A stretch of 64,000 nucleotides of DNA from Desulfobacterales bacterium (GTDB taxonomy: Bacteria; Desulfobacterota; Desulfobacteria; Desulfobacterales; UBA5616). Positions 1-11,017 of this stretch are shown here, one piece after another. The translations under genes and the position numbers were made by a program. Below the pieces are notes generated by a model. That model was not told the origin of the DNA and did no database searches. It saw only the letters and a list, made by a program, of their open reading frames with translations. Location of the stretch: contig JAWODC010000070.1 of assembly GCA_046483495.1 (NCBI GenBank), forward strand, positions 1 through 64,000, in the 5' to 3' direction. Each line of letters starts with the position of its first letter. The first letter of the stretch is position 1.

Positions 1-501
1 GTCAGCCAAATTTACACCCGTTGCTTCGGATGCCGGTACTGCATGGCCGCATGTCCGTATCACGCGCGCTACTTCAACTGGTGGGACCCGGTGTGGCCGG
101 CCGGCATGGAGCGGTATTTAAATCCCAATGTGTCGCCGAGAATGCGGGGAGTCGTTGAAAAATGCAGCTTTTGCTTTCACCGGTATCAACAGGCCAAAAA
201 CAAGGCCTATCTGAAAGGCAGAAGAACCCTGGCGGAAAATGAATATCAAACCGCCTGCGCCCAGGCCTGCCCGGCCGAGGCGATCACCTTCGGGGACTTG
301 AACAACCCTTCCCACAAGGTGCACCAGATGGTCGAACCCGATCCGGCGCACCACGGCAGGCCCAGAAATCCCAAAGCGTTTCGGCTTCTTGAAAGCCTTG
401 GCACAAATCCCAAGGTGTATTATCTGTCCAGCAAAAAATGGGTCCGGGATGCGGGCGACAATACGTTAAAGATTCATGATAATAATACCGGCCGTCATTA
501 G
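1..501 (+). CDS. qrcC: Menaquinone reductase Qrc iron-sulfur subunit (5' truncated by window edge)
   Basis: CFGCRYCMAACPY and EKCSFC...ACAQACP ferredoxin motifs (NrfC/DmsB family); directly upstream of an NrfD-type gene. Confidence 0.85.
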   Translation, partial: VSQIYTRCFGCRYCMAACPYHARYFNWWDPVWPAGMERYLNPNVSPRMRGVVEKCSFCFHRYQQAKNKAYLKGRRTLAENEYQTACAQACPAEAITFGDLNNPSHKVHQMVEPDPAHHGRPRNPKAFRLLESLGTNPKVYYLSSKKWVRDAGDNTLKIHDNNTGRH

Positions 502-583
502 CCAGGGGTTTTCTGAGATTTTCCCAAGATCGTTGACAAAGATCGTTAAAAAGAGAGCTAAACTGTTAAGGAGCTAAGATTTT

Positions 584-1825
584 ATGGATTCGGCATTGAT
601 ACCTGAAGGAGTCAAGCGCTGTCCGACGTGGAAGTTTCTGCTTGGACTCGGCATCGCCGGCCTGGTGCTGCTGTGGGGCGTATATGCCATGCTGCTGTGC
701 TGGATAAAAGGCCTGAACCAGACCAATATGAACGATTATTACCCTTTTGCGCTCTGGATCTGGGCGGATCTTGCCGTCATCGCCTTGGGTGGGGGCGCCT
801 TTTTTACCGGTTTTTTACGATACCTTATCGGAAAGGACGAATTGAAAAATATCATAAATTTCGCCGTTCTGATCGGGTTCATCTGCTACAGTTCCGCCTT
901 GCTGATTTTGGCGATCGATGTCGGCCAGCCGCTGAGAAGCTGGCATATCTTTTGGCATGCAAATGTACATTCGATGCTGACCGAAGTGGCGTTTTGTTTA
1001 TCCGCCTATTTCGCGGTTCTTACGATAGAATATGTGCCGCTCGTCCTGGAAAACCGTCAACTGAACCGGGTCCCGTTCCTGCACCATCTCGGCCACAATA
1101 TGCACGGAATCATGGCGATTTTCGCTGCGACCGGCGCCTTTTTGTCCTTTTTTCACCAGGGATCTTTGGGTGGTGTGGCCGGTGTTCTCTTCGGCAGGCC
1201 GTTTGCCTATCGGGAAGGATTGCTGGTCTGGCCGTGGACATTCTTTCTGTTTACCTGGTCGGCGGCGGCCTGCGGTCCTTGTTTTACCCTGCTGGTGACA
1301 CGAATCACCGAGGCGGTCACGAAGAAGAAACTCGTAAAAACGAACGTAAAGGAACTGCTCGGGAAAATCGCCGGCTGGATGCTTTTTACGTATATTGTAG
1401 CAAAAATTATCGACACCTGGTACTGGGCCACGGTAACCGCCCCTTCTGTGGGATTCAACTTAATGGATTTTTACTCCAATAACGCCCTATACGGTCCCTG
1501 GATTCTGTTCACTGAAATCGTTTTGTGCGGTGTTGTTCCGGCCGTTATTCTCATCGTCCGGCCTTGGCGTCAGAACTCCGGTCTCTTCCTGGCGGCTATT
1601 ATCCTGGCGGTTATCGGGGTGTGCCTGAATCGCTGGGTGATGGTGCTCCAGGTTATGGCTGTTCCGGTTATGCCGTTTGACAATTGGGTGCTTTATTATC
1701 CGAGTTGGCAGGAGGTGGCCACCACCATTCTTCCGGTTGCCTACGGTGTCATTCTGATTATGATTTCGTATCGCTATATGCCTGTATTCCCACAGGAGCA
1801 GGAACTCAATCCGGTAGAGGAATAG
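584..1825 (+). CDS. qrcD: Menaquinone reductase Qrc integral membrane subunit (NrfD/PsrC family)
   Basis: ~10 hydrophobic segments; LWIWADLAVIALGGGAF, DVGQPLR and YYPSWQE motifs; RBS AAGGAG. Confidence 0.85.
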   Translation: MDSALIPEGVKRCPTWKFLLGLGIAGLVLLWGVYAMLLCWIKGLNQTNMNDYYPFALWIWADLAVIALGGGAFFTGFLRYLIGKDELKNIINFAVLIGFICYSSALLILAIDVGQPLRSWHIFWHANVHSMLTEVAFCLSAYFAVLTIEYVPLVLENRQLNRVPFLHHLGHNMHGIMAIFAATGAFLSFFHQGSLGGVAGVLFGRPFAYREGLLVWPWTFFLFTWSAAACGPCFTLLVTRITEAVTKKKLVKTNVKELLGKIAGWMLFTYIVAKIIDTWYWATVTAPSVGFNLMDFYSNNALYGPWILFTEIVLCGVVPAVILIVRPWRQNSGLFLAAIILAVIGVCLNRWVMVLQVMAVPVMPFDNWVLYYPSWQEVATTILPVAYGVILIMISYRYMPVFPQEQELNPVEE

Positions 1826-1846
1826 GCCGGTTTATCAGGAGGAAGC

Positions 1847-2002
1847 ATGTTACCGTTTTCTTTCGAATGGGTGTGGGATGTAACGCACGCGGTTTTTCAC
1901 GGCGGTCTATGGTTTGCCTTAAGTGTTATCGGCATGGGCCTGACCTACGTTATTATAAAAACCATCATAGACACGTCAAAATCGGGAAACGGCCATCATT
2001 AA
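1847..2002 (+). CDS. 51-aa single-pass membrane protein MLPFSFEWVWDVTHAVFHGGLWFALSVIGMGLTYVIIKTIIDTSKSGNGHH (not in ORF track)
   Basis: AGGAGG RBS just upstream of the ATG, 21 nt after qrcD stop, one hydrophobic helix, followed by a terminator. Confidence 0.75.
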   Translation: MLPFSFEWVWDVTHAVFHGGLWFALSVIGMGLTYVIIKTIIDTSKSGNGHH

Positions 2003-2028
2003 CCGCGTACACGCAGTCGGGTTTAAAT

Positions 2029-2072
2029 AAAAGCGCTTACCGGCCGATGGTTCTGGGTTAGCGCTTTTTTTT
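2029..2072 (+). terminator. Rho-independent terminator of the qrc operon
   Basis: AAAAGCGCT...AGCGCTTTTTTTT inverted repeat with T-tract. Confidence 0.65.
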
Positions 2073-2101
2073 CGAACACACTTTTTCAAGGCGACGCGAA
2101 A

Positions 2102-3355
2102 ATGGACAGAATTATCGTAAACGGCGGGCATCGCTTAAGGGGTGAAGTCGTCATCAGCGGCGCCAAAAATGCAGCGCTTCCCATCTTGATATCCTCTCTT
2201 CTAACGGATGAACCGAATGTTTACAAAAATGTACCGGCATTAAAAGATGTCAAAAGCACGCTCATCCTGCTGCACCACTTAGGCGCCGCCGGCGAACGGT
2301 CCGATGATGTGGTGACCATCGACGCCTCCGGGTTGAACAACCATGATGCTCCATACGATCTGGTCCGTAAAATGCGGGCATCGGTACTTGTCTTGGGTCC
2401 TTTATTGGCTCGCCTGAAACGGGCGCGGGTTTCCCTTCCCGGTGGATGCGCCATTGGAGAGAGACCGATAAACCTGCATCTAAGAGGCCTTTCTCAGCTG
2501 GGCGCCGATATTCATCTTGAACACGGCTATGTCGAAGCCGAAACCTCCGGGCTGAGAGGGGCGGAAATTTATCTGGATGTTCCCACCGTGACGGGAACGG
2601 AAAATCTTATGATGGCGGCGGCGCTGGCTGACGGGACATCCGTCATCCGAAATGCGGCTCGGGAACCCGAGGTCATGGCGCTTGCCCGGACGCTGAACCT
2701 GATGGGGGCCGATATCAGGGATGCCGGATCTTCGGTGATCACGATCAACGGGGTTCCCCGGCTTCACGGCGCAACCGTGGACATCATACCCGACCGAATC
2801 GAGGCCGGGACCTTCATGGTTGCGGCGGCGGTCACACATGGCGATATCACGCTGAAAAACTGCGATCCCTCGCATATGGCTGCCTGTATCAACAAGCTGA
2901 GACTCGCAGGGGTTCACGTTGAGACAAAAGAAAACGAGGTCCGGGTGAACGGCACCGGACCCATTCACAGCATCGATATCAAGACTCAGCCTTATCCGGG
3001 TTTTCCCACCGACATGCAGGCGCAATTCATGGTCTTGATGGCCGTTGCCGATGGTCTAAGCGTCATTTCAGAAAATATATTTGAGAATAGATTCATTCAT
3101 GTGGGTGAATTGAAACGTATGGGCGCCGATATCACGGTTTCGGGAAATTCCGCTCTGATAAGAGGCATGCCGTATCTGTCCGGAGCACCCGTCATGGCGT
3201 CGGATTTGCGGGCAAGTGCATCCCTGATATTGGCCGGTCTGGTTGCCGGGGGACGCACGGAAATTCATCGGGTGTATCACCTGGACAGGGGGTATCAGCG
3301 CATCGAGGAAAAATTCGCCCGATTGGGTGCCGATATGCAGCGAGTGCGGGGCTGA
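2102..3355 (+). CDS. murA: UDP-N-acetylglucosamine 1-carboxyvinyltransferase
   Basis: [17 protein letters not shown] (catalytic Cys), [20 protein letters not shown]. Confidence 0.97.
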   Translation: MDRIIVNGGHRLRGEVVISGAKNAALPILISSLLTDEPNVYKNVPALKDVKSTLILLHHLGAAGERSDDVVTIDASGLNNHDAPYDLVRKMRASVLVLGPLLARLKRARVSLPGGCAIGERPINLHLRGLSQLGADIHLEHGYVEAETSGLRGAEIYLDVPTVTGTENLMMAAALADGTSVIRNAAREPEVMALARTLNLMGADIRDAGSSVITINGVPRLHGATVDIIPDRIEAGTFMVAAAVTHGDITLKNCDPSHMAACINKLRLAGVHVETKENEVRVNGTGPIHSIDIKTQPYPGFPTDMQAQFMVLMAVADGLSVISENIFENRFIHVGELKRMGADITVSGNSALIRGMPYLSGAPVMASDLRASASLILAGLVAGGRTEIHRVYHLDRGYQRIEEKFARLGADMQRVRG

Positions 3356-3423
3356 AAAACCCAAAAACGCATTCCCTTCGATTCGATAATCAAGCGGCCC
3401 GATAGCAAAACGATTCTATCATA

Positions 3424-5889
3424 ATGCAGTGGTTATTCGCGAAAGAGAGCTACTATCGTCCGTTTATTCCGCTGCTGTTTTCCTTCATCACCGGCATCAC
3501 GACCGGCGCCGTGTTGCCGGACAGGGATGGTTGGTGCCTCTTTTTTGTCATCGTCGCCGCTATTATTGTCGTATACAACGTCTGCCGGGATAAGCCGGCT
3601 TTTATCTCTCCCCTGGTGCTTTTTGCCGGTCTGGGATATCTATCCATTCAAATCTGGGTGTCTCCGAATTTTCCTTCCCATCACGTTATTCAATACGCCG
3701 ACCGCATACCCCGGCGAATCACCGGAAATGTTGTACATGTGCCGGCTGTAAATAAAAGCCGACGAACGTCTTTTTACATGAATGTCGAAACGCTTTCATG
3801 TGCCGGAAAACCTTTCGCCGTCACGGGTAAAATCCGAGTAACCTTAATGGGTGAATCATTATTCATATCACCCGGCGACGGGATAACGTTTATCGGCAGA
3901 ATTCGACCGATTCGTAATTTTTATAACCCCGGCCGATTTGATTATGAACGGTTCATGGCATTTGAACAAATCTGGGTAACCGCTTTTGCCCATGAAAGCC
4001 AGGTTCAAATCACGCCCGCTCCAGACAAAAACGCCTTTAGGGCGACGCTGGCAAGTATTCGCAATGATATTGCAGGATCAATCGAAAAAAGTGCAGGGAA
4101 ACAATCGGCCGGCGTGCTGAAGGCTCTGACGTTGGGTGATAAAACGCAAATGCCCACCGAGGTGAGAGGCGCCTTCAATCGTCTGGGGCTGGGACATTTG
4201 CTGGCCATTTCCGGCCTTCACATCGGTATCGTGGCAAGCATTTCCTTCTTTTTACTTCACAAAATCGGCTCTTTCGCCCCGTTGCTGCTGCGTCACGGAT
4301 TGGTGCAGAAAACGGCCGCTGTAATTTCTCTTGGACCGGTCATGTGGTATGGGATGATGTCGGGGATGTCGCCCTCCACCCAGCGGGCCGTCATTATGGT
4401 CGCTGTCTTTATGTTTGCATTTTGGTTCGACCGGGAAAGCAATCCATTGAATGCCCTGGCAGTCGCCGCTCTTCTTATTCTGATGATCAACCCGACGACG
4501 TTGTTTTCCGTTTCCTTTCAACTTTCATTTGCAGCGGTTACAGCGATTTTGCTTGGGTTGTCCCTCCTTTCAAAGCGATTGATAAGAAACGGGTCTTTGA
4601 TTCAAAAATTGAGAACCCGATTCATTTTCTTTTTGGGTGTTTCCGCATTCGCAACAATCGGCACCCTTCCTATTGTGATGCACTACTTCAACCTGATATC
4701 GTTTATAGGTCTTCCAGCCAACTGCATTGCCGTTCCGCTCATCGGTTTTTTTGTTGTGCCCGTCGCATTGTTTTCCACCTTCGTTTTTCCCTTCAGCCCG
4801 TTTTTGGCTGAGCTCGGGTTCCGGTTGGCTTCGGCGGCGCTCGAGCCGGCGATTCGTCTTTTTCTGATGCTTTCCGATTTTCGTTTTGTCGCGGTCGACA
4901 CCATAACGCCCAACATGTTGGAAATCGGCTGCTTTTACCTTATTCTCTTGGGCCTCCTCTTTTTTCGCAGAAGTCGAACGGCAAAGCTTGCGCTGGCCGT
5001 CGCAGTGTTGGTTTTGGCTGTCGATGTCTCCTATTGGGTCAATCGACGATGGTTTTCCGATGACTTCAGGGTGACGGCCCTCGATGTAGGTCAGGGGACC
5101 GCTATTCTTTTAGAGCTTCCCGATGGGTATACCATGATGATCGACGGCGGCGGATTTTCGGACAACTCGAATTTTGACGTAGGGAAAAACATCATTGCGC
5201 CCTACCTGTTGCGAAATAAAATCAGAACCGTGAATACGCTGGTTCTTTCCCATCCGGATGCCGATCACCTGAATGGGCTGATTCATATCGCCGATTCATT
5301 TCATGTCCAATCGGTTTGGACCAATGGACAGAAAGCCGATTCCAACGGATACAAACATTTTACGGCCGTTATCGAAGAACACCATATTACGGCTCCGGCC
5401 TTTGCCTCGATTCCCAGAAGGCAAGTGATCAATGATGTTCTATTTTCCGTTTTACACCCTCCCTGTGATTTTGACCCCTTCCGCTTCGGCCCCGGGTGCT
5501 CGAGAAATGACAATTCGATCGTTTTGTCGGCCTCCTACGGATCCACGCGGTTTTTGTTTACCGGAGATATAACGCAAACCGCTGAACGAAAACTCTCGGC
5601 CGATAAAAACGTGCGTTTATCGGCCGATGTCCTTTTTGCGCCTCATCACGGAAGCAGAAGTTCCAGCTCGGCTTCTTTTTTAGACCGGGTCAATCCGGAT
5701 TATGTAGTGTTCTGTGTGGGATGGCAAAATCGTTTCGGATTTCCCCATTCGAGTATCATCACCCGTTACCGTAAAAGGCATTGCCGAATATTTCGTACGG
5801 ATATGCATGGAGCGGTGAGAATGATAACCGATGGAAACCGGCTTTCCATCAAGACTACGCTCAAATCCGTAACAATTCAACCAATCTGA
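3424..5889 (+). CDS. comEC: DNA uptake competence protein ComEC/Rec2
   Basis: HLLAISGLHIG competence-domain motif, SFQLSF, C-terminal metallo-beta-lactamase domain (DVGQG, SHPDADH, HHGS). Confidence 0.93.
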   Translation: MQWLFAKESYYRPFIPLLFSFITGITTGAVLPDRDGWCLFFVIVAAIIVVYNVCRDKPAFISPLVLFAGLGYLSIQIWVSPNFPSHHVIQYADRIPRRITGNVVHVPAVNKSRRTSFYMNVETLSCAGKPFAVTGKIRVTLMGESLFISPGDGITFIGRIRPIRNFYNPGRFDYERFMAFEQIWVTAFAHESQVQITPAPDKNAFRATLASIRNDIAGSIEKSAGKQSAGVLKALTLGDKTQMPTEVRGAFNRLGLGHLLAISGLHIGIVASISFFLLHKIGSFAPLLLRHGLVQKTAAVISLGPVMWYGMMSGMSPSTQRAVIMVAVFMFAFWFDRESNPLNALAVAALLILMINPTTLFSVSFQLSFAAVTAILLGLSLLSKRLIRNGSLIQKLRTRFIFFLGVSAFATIGTLPIVMHYFNLISFIGLPANCIAVPLIGFFVVPVALFSTFVFPFSPFLAELGFRLASAALEPAIRLFLMLSDFRFVAVDTITPNMLEIGCFYLILLGLLFFRRSRTAKLALAVAVLVLAVDVSYWVNRRWFSDDFRVTALDVGQGTAILLELPDGYTMMIDGGGFSDNSNFDVGKNIIAPYLLRNKIRTVNTLVLSHPDADHLNGLIHIADSFHVQSVWTNGQKADSNGYKHFTAVIEEHHITAPAFASIPRRQVINDVLFSVLHPPCDFDPFRFGPGCSRNDNSIVLSASYGSTRFLFTGDITQTAERKLSADKNVRLSADVLFAPHHGSRSSSSASFLDRVNPDYVVFCVGWQNRFGFPHSSIITRYRKRHCRIFRTDMHGAVRMITDGNRLSIKTTLKSVTIQPI

Positions 5890-6041
5890 TTCGGCATGCC
5901 CCGTTCCGAGTCGCGGACAATTCGACCATACATACGACCTCTTTTTATGTTTTCCCATTGACCTTTCCCGAATTTTAATTATATGTGAATACAATTAAGA
6001 TTTGAATATAAAACCTATTGGTGGATTGAAATAAACATTTA

Positions 6042-7067
6042 GTGGATCAACAAATGAAGGAAAGACATCAACCGTTCCATTCAACAATGGACGATTTATA
6101 TAACCGGCATATCAATTACCTCCGCATATCCGTTACGGACCGGTGCAACCTGCGGTGTGTTTACTGCCGTCCCAGCGGACGCATCGCGAAACTGTCCCAT
6201 GACGATATCCTCCGGTATGAAGAAATACTCAGGATTATTCACATCATGGCCGAAATGGGACTGGTCAAGATCAGGATAACCGGCGGAGAGCCGCTGGTTC
6301 GAAAGGGCCTTGTGCCTTTTCTCCAAAAGATAACCGCGGTTTCCGGCATTCAGGATGTTTCACTGACCACGAATGCCGTTTTACTGTCGAATTATGTTCA
6401 AGACATTTATAACACCGGGATACGCCGGCTGAACATAAGCTTGGACAGCCTGCATCGATCCACCTACAAGGCCATTACCGGTTCGGATAGTTTTAACCGG
6501 GTTTGGGCGGGAATTCAGGATGCCTTGTCGGCCGGGTTCGATCCTATAAAAATAAATTTCGTGGCGCTCAGGGGAATCAATGACCACGAAATCGAAACGT
6601 TCGCCCGATTATCATATACTTATCCGTTTCACGTTCGCTTCATCGAACAAATGCCCATCGGCGATACGGCGTTTCGTGTTGAGGACCCTCTCCTTTCGGA
6701 TGAAATCAAATATATTTTGGAGTCTTCCGTCGGTAAACTCATTCCGGTTGAAAACGGCATTCTCGACGGGCCTGCCAAACGCTATAAATTCGGAGGATTT
6801 AAAGGGGAGATCGGCATTATCAGTCCCATAAGCCACCATTTCTGCGAAACATGCAACCGGTTGCGCCTAACATCGAATGGTCTGTTGCGGCCTTGTCTTC
6901 TCTCGGATTATAGTGAAGACCTGAAGACACCACTGCGGTCCGGCTGTTCAGATGATCACTTGGCACGTATTATTATTAAAGCGATCAAAAACAAACCCGC
7001 CAAACATGCCCTGGTTTCAGAGACTCCCGCCGAAGTTATAAGCCCAATGTCTTCCATTGGTGGTTGA
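6042..7067 (+). CDS. moaA: GTP 3',8-cyclase, molybdenum cofactor biosynthesis (start may be 6054 or 6087)
   Basis: YLRISVTDRCNLRCVYC radical SAM motif, FCETCNRLRL, C-terminal SIGG. Confidence 0.95.
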   Translation: MDQQMKERHQPFHSTMDDLYNRHINYLRISVTDRCNLRCVYCRPSGRIAKLSHDDILRYEEILRIIHIMAEMGLVKIRITGGEPLVRKGLVPFLQKITAVSGIQDVSLTTNAVLLSNYVQDIYNTGIRRLNISLDSLHRSTYKAITGSDSFNRVWAGIQDALSAGFDPIKINFVALRGINDHEIETFARLSYTYPFHVRFIEQMPIGDTAFRVEDPLLSDEIKYILESSVGKLIPVENGILDGPAKRYKFGGFKGEIGIISPISHHFCETCNRLRLTSNGLLRPCLLSDYSEDLKTPLRSGCSDDHLARIIIKAIKNKPAKHALVSETPAEVISPMSSIGG

Positions 7068-7300
7068 TCCGGCCTATCCAAACAAATGAATGCAAACCGG
7101 ACCATGTCGTTCAACCCGCGTGCGTGGGGTGAAAAAGAGGATACTCAACCAACGAGCCGGCAGTTTCGTGAGAGAAGAGAAGCCCGGGCCGTTATTGGGA
7201 GGCTGCAAGATTACAAACGAACTACGGCCCGGGCAAAAAACGTATTACGAGGGCTTTTAGCAACTTCTGTGTCTTTTATCAAGTCATTTTTATTCCATTC

Positions 7301-8677
7301 CTAAACGCTTTTTAAATGTTGGGGTTTTGGATAGGATTCAAAAACGTTTTCCGCTTCAGTGAGATCTTCATCCGCCAAATCATAGTTGATCAGGTCTCCG
7401 GCAAAATACCTGTCGTATGAGCCAAGATCGATCAGTCCATGGCCGCTTAAATTGAACAGAATGACTTTCTCTTTCCCTTCAAGGCGGGCTTTTTCCGCTT
7501 CCTCTATAACACACGCCAGCGCATGGTTTGTCTCCGGTGCCGTAATGATGCCCTCGGCACGGCTTACCCTAACCCCGGCGTCGAAGGCTGCGATTTGCGT
7601 TACCGACCGGGGCTCCAGAATCCCTTCATCGATCAGCTGGCTGACCGTCGGCGCCATGCCGTGATAACGAAGACCTCCTGCGTGTACCGGCGGCGGCATA
7701 AAGTTATGGCCTAGGCTGTGCATGGGGAGCAGGGGTGTATATCCGGCATTATCACCGTGGTCGTAGACAAAGGGCGCACGCGTCATGGTAGGGCAGGCCG
7801 ACGGCTCTACCGGGTAGATGTCAATGTTTTTTCCATGAATTTTGTCGTAAACATACGGAAAGGCCAATCCGGCGAAATTGCTCCCTCCGCCGGCACAGCC
7901 GATGATGATGTCCGGATATTCATCGATCATCTCCATTTGTTTCTTTGTCTCGAGTCCGATAATCGTCTGATGCAGCATGACATGGTTGAGCACGCTGCCC
8001 AGCGAATACCGTGTCTCTCCTGATTCATCACCGACAGCCACCTCTATGGCCTCGCTGATAGCAATACCCAAACTGCCGGGTGCATCCGGATAGTGTTCCA
8101 GAACGTCCCTGCCCGCTTTCGTTTCCGTGCTGGGGCTTGCCACACATATGCCGCCCCATGCCTCCATCATGGATTTTCGATATGGCTTTTGATCATAACT
8201 TACCCGGACCATATAAATTTTGCACTGCATTCCGAATTGAGAGCATGCGAACGCCAGTGCACTACCCCATTGCCCGGCGCCTGTTTCCGTCGTCATTTTT
8301 TTGATGCCGAACGCCTTGTTGTAATATACCTGAGGCACCGCCGTATTGGGTTTATGGCTTCCCGGAGGGCTTACGCTTTCATTCTTAAAATAAATCCTGG
8401 CAGGCGTCTTCAGAATTTTTTCAAGATTATAGGCCCTGACCAACGGTGTTGGACGCCAAATCGTGTACACGTCCAACACTTCATCGGGAATGTCTATCCA
8501 TCGTTGGCTGCTGACTTCCTGTTCAATCAAATTCATTGGAAAGACAGGAGCCAGGGCTTCCGGACTCACCGGGTTGCCATCCGGCCCAAGCGGCGGATTC
8601 ATTTTAATGTCAGCCAGAATATTATACCATTGCCTTGGCATTTCTGTTTCACTCAACATGATTTTTTTTGACCTCAT
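7301..8677 (-). CDS. trpB2: Stand-alone tryptophan synthase beta chain 2 (TrpB2, PLP enzyme)
   Basis: [11 protein letters not shown] lysine, [39 protein letters not shown] before ATG 8677; no trpA neighbour. Confidence 0.92.
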   Translation of the reverse strand: MRSKKIMLSETEMPRQWYNILADIKMNPPLGPDGNPVSPEALAPVFPMNLIEQEVSSQRWIDIPDEVLDVYTIWRPTPLVRAYNLEKILKTPARIYFKNESVSPPGSHKPNTAVPQVYYNKAFGIKKMTTETGAGQWGSALAFACSQFGMQCKIYMVRVSYDQKPYRKSMMEAWGGICVASPSTETKAGRDVLEHYPDAPGSLGIAISEAIEVAVGDESGETRYSLGSVLNHVMLHQTIIGLETKKQMEMIDEYPDIIIGCAGGGSNFAGLAFPYVYDKIHGKNIDIYPVEPSACPTMTRAPFVYDHGDNAGYTPLLPMHSLGHNFMPPPVHAGGLRYHGMAPTVSQLIDEGILEPRSVTQIAAFDAGVRVSRAEGIITAPETNHALACVIEEAEKARLEGKEKVILFNLSGHGLIDLGSYDRYFAGDLINYDLADEDLTEAENVFESYPKPQHLKSV

Positions 8678-8826
8678 AATATTCTCCTCCTTTTTATTCG
8701 GTGTAGATTTGGAAACAGCCAACGATCGAATTTCCGGGTCGACGCGGGTTGGGCTGCCTTTCCCGGCAATCGAAATACCCGATAAATGTGATCCACTGTT
8801 TTATATTCAGGCGAACGATCATTTTT

Positions 8827-8860
8827 AAAAAAAAAGCCAGCGCTTGAAGAAGGCTGGCTT
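8827..8860 (-). terminator. Attenuator terminator upstream of trpB2
   Basis: Minus strand AAGCCAGC-loop-GCTGGCTT followed by a long T run. Confidence 0.8.
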
Positions 8861-8952
8861 AGAAAATCAAAAGAGCTGGGAGCCTCTTCAACACGTGCTG
8901 AAGCTTCTCTCAGCTCTGAATATCGATTATTCAGGGTGATGAGCAAGCTTCA

Positions 8953-8997
8953 TCAGCTTTGCCACCACCAGTGATAAATTTTTTTTGCGGGTCTCAT
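8953..8997 (-). CDS. trpL: trp leader peptide MRPAKKIYHWWWQS
   Basis: ATG...TGG TGG TGG CAA AGC TGA read by hand on the minus strand, upstream of alternative hairpins, a terminator and trpB2. Confidence 0.85.
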   Translation of the reverse strand: MRPAKKIYHWWWQS

Positions 8998-9143
8998 CGG
9001 CAGAACCGGTTTAGCATGGCCTTTGCGATTGCATCACTTGGTTTTAATTTCCTTATAACGGCAAGAACTTATTAAAGTTTTTTTCAATAATCAAATTATG
9101 GCCGGTTTGTCAAGATCGATTTTACACCAAGCCGAAAAAAGTG

Positions 9144-10031
9144 TCAGGAAAGATCGAACGGCGTTAGGCTTTCGAAACCTTCCGGTGTTACCAAAACAGT
9201 CTGTTCGAATTGCGCGGATAACGATCCATCATCCGTCACCGCGGTCCATTGGTCCTCCAAAATATGAAGGTAGCGTTCACCCAGGTTAATCATGGGTTCA
9301 ATCGTAAATACCATGCCCGGAACCAGAATAATGCCCTCTCCTCTTCGGCCGTAATGAGGGACCTGAGGAGGTTCATGGAATTCAAAACCGACACCATGCC
9401 CGACAAATTCCCTGACGACCGAACATTCCTTATCTTCCGCATGCGTTTGAATCGCCCATCCGATGTCCCCCAATGTGTTCCCCGGCCTTACCATTTTCAT
9501 TCCTTTTTGCAGACAGATTTTTGCGGTATTCACTATTTTTTCGGCATCAGCTGTGGGCCGGTCGATAAAAAAAGTCTTGTTGGCATCGGCATAATACCCT
9601 TCCAAAACAGGTGTTACATCTACGTTGACGATATCACCTTCGTTAAGAATTCTCTTTCCGGGAATTCCATGGCATATTTCCTCATTAACGGAGACGCAGA
9701 CGCTTTTTGGAAAACCTCTGTAATTCAAAGGCGCGGGTCGCGCTCCATGTTGAATCGTAAATTCATGCACCCATGTATTGACATCATCCGTTGTAATACC
9801 CGGCCGTAATCGCGACTGAACCAAATTCAACGTGCTGACAGCCAATTCGCCGGCTCGCCGTATCGCGATGATGTCCTTTTCTTTTTTCAACTGAATGCCG
9901 TAGTTCTGAAGATACAAATTTTCATAATCTTCCGAAAAATCCCTGTGAACATAACAGCACTTTTTGTATTTTTTTCCGCTGCCGCACGGGCATGGGTCGT
10001 TTCTACCCGGTTTGGTTATTTTGTTTTTCAT
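9144..10031 (-). CDS. map: Type I methionine aminopeptidase with N-terminal SEC-C zinc-binding motif
   Basis: [18 protein letters not shown], then [33 protein letters not shown]. Confidence 0.93.
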   Translation of the reverse strand: MKNKITKPGRNDPCPCGSGKKYKKCCYVHRDFSEDYENLYLQNYGIQLKKEKDIIAIRRAGELAVSTLNLVQSRLRPGITTDDVNTWVHEFTIQHGARPAPLNYRGFPKSVCVSVNEEICHGIPGKRILNEGDIVNVDVTPVLEGYYADANKTFFIDRPTADAEKIVNTAKICLQKGMKMVRPGNTLGDIGWAIQTHAEDKECSVVREFVGHGVGFEFHEPPQVPHYGRRGEGIILVPGMVFTIEPMINLGERYLHILEDQWTAVTDDGSLSAQFEQTVLVTPEGFESLTPFDLS

Positions 10032-10397
10032 ATCAGCGCCGATCTTAAATTCGAAAATTTGTTTTTCCGCTATTTTATGAGCAAATTTACATTTAATACC
10101 CAACATCCATTTCTGGATGGGCACTATTTAGACATAAAAAACCGATATCCCCCTGTCAAGTGGTAAAAGCGGATTATCCCTTTTTCTATTGCCTATGCCT
10201 TCAAAAAAATATATGGTGATCGGCTGAATTGGGGAATGAAAAACCGCACTTGGCGTCCTTTTTTGATGGCGGAGTATCGGTTTTATTTTTCTGTGCTGTT
10301 CGGATTCCGTGTTAACGTTGTAGAATAGTTTGAGCCCCGGCGAATCGCCTGAACACGACGATTTTCCGGCACGAAAGCTGCTTTCTTTAGGAATTTT

Positions 10398-11015
10398 ATG
10401 GGACTTCTATCTTCAACTGCATCAATAGTTCGTTACCGGATAAATGGTAAAATCGAAACATCGGTAAAAGAAACCATTCTAAAAAGCCTTTCCAAATTTT
10501 CCATCAACGATGAATTGGAGGATGAGGTTTCCGATAAAGTCGTTGGGTGGACATCATTCAGCAACCCGTATCATCCGGATTTCAGCGGCATGCAGTTCGA
10601 TGTCGGGTCCTATTTTATTTTTTCGCTGAGGATAGACAAAAGGAACATCTCTTCAAAGCTGATTCAAAAACACGTCGCCCATGCATCCGCCATCCGCCTG
10701 AAAGATACAGGAAGACGGTATTTGTCCAGAGATGAAAAGAGAGCCGTTCGGGAACATGTCGTCAATGAATTGAGGATGCGGATTCCGGCAACACCGAATG
10801 TGTACGACCTCTTGTGGCATCACGATAAAGGTATTCTTTTTTTCTTTTCAACATTGAAATCGGCCAATGAAGAATTGGAAACGTTGTTTTTTAAAACATT
10901 CGGTTTTTCACTGATTCGGCTGTTTCCCTATACCATGGCCGAATTATCGATGAACTTGAGCGACGCACAAAAAGACATTCTTCTTAATGTTTCACCGACA
11001 ACCTTTACGGATTAA
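10398..11015 (+). CDS. RdgC-like recombination-associated protein (N-terminal-type half)
   Basis: VGW...F.LRID.R pattern and helical E+..+++ region resembling the RdgC N-terminal part. Confidence 0.65.
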   Translation: MGLLSSTASIVRYRINGKIETSVKETILKSLSKFSINDELEDEVSDKVVGWTSFSNPYHPDFSGMQFDVGSYFIFSLRIDKRNISSKLIQKHVAHASAIRLKDTGRRYLSRDEKRAVREHVVNELRMRIPATPNVYDLLWHHDKGILFFFSTLKSANEELETLFFKTFGFSLIRLFPYTMAELSMNLSDAQKDILLNVSPTTFTD

Positions 11016-11017
11016 AA

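Noticed and set aside
7105..7140. Hairpin GTTCAACCCGCGTGCGTGGGGTGAAA resembling a type I-E CRISPR repeat
   Set aside because: Single copy, no spacers and no cas genes; more likely an intergenic hairpin between convergent genes
7086..7304. 72-aa ORF between moaA and trpB2
   Set aside because: No clear RBS or motif, and it spans a GCCCGGGCCGT inverted repeat that looks like a terminator region
10366..10382. sigma54-like CGGCACG-N4-CTGC upstream of the RdgC-like pair
   Set aside because: Imperfect match, and the implied start site would fall in the RBS about 5 nt from the ATG
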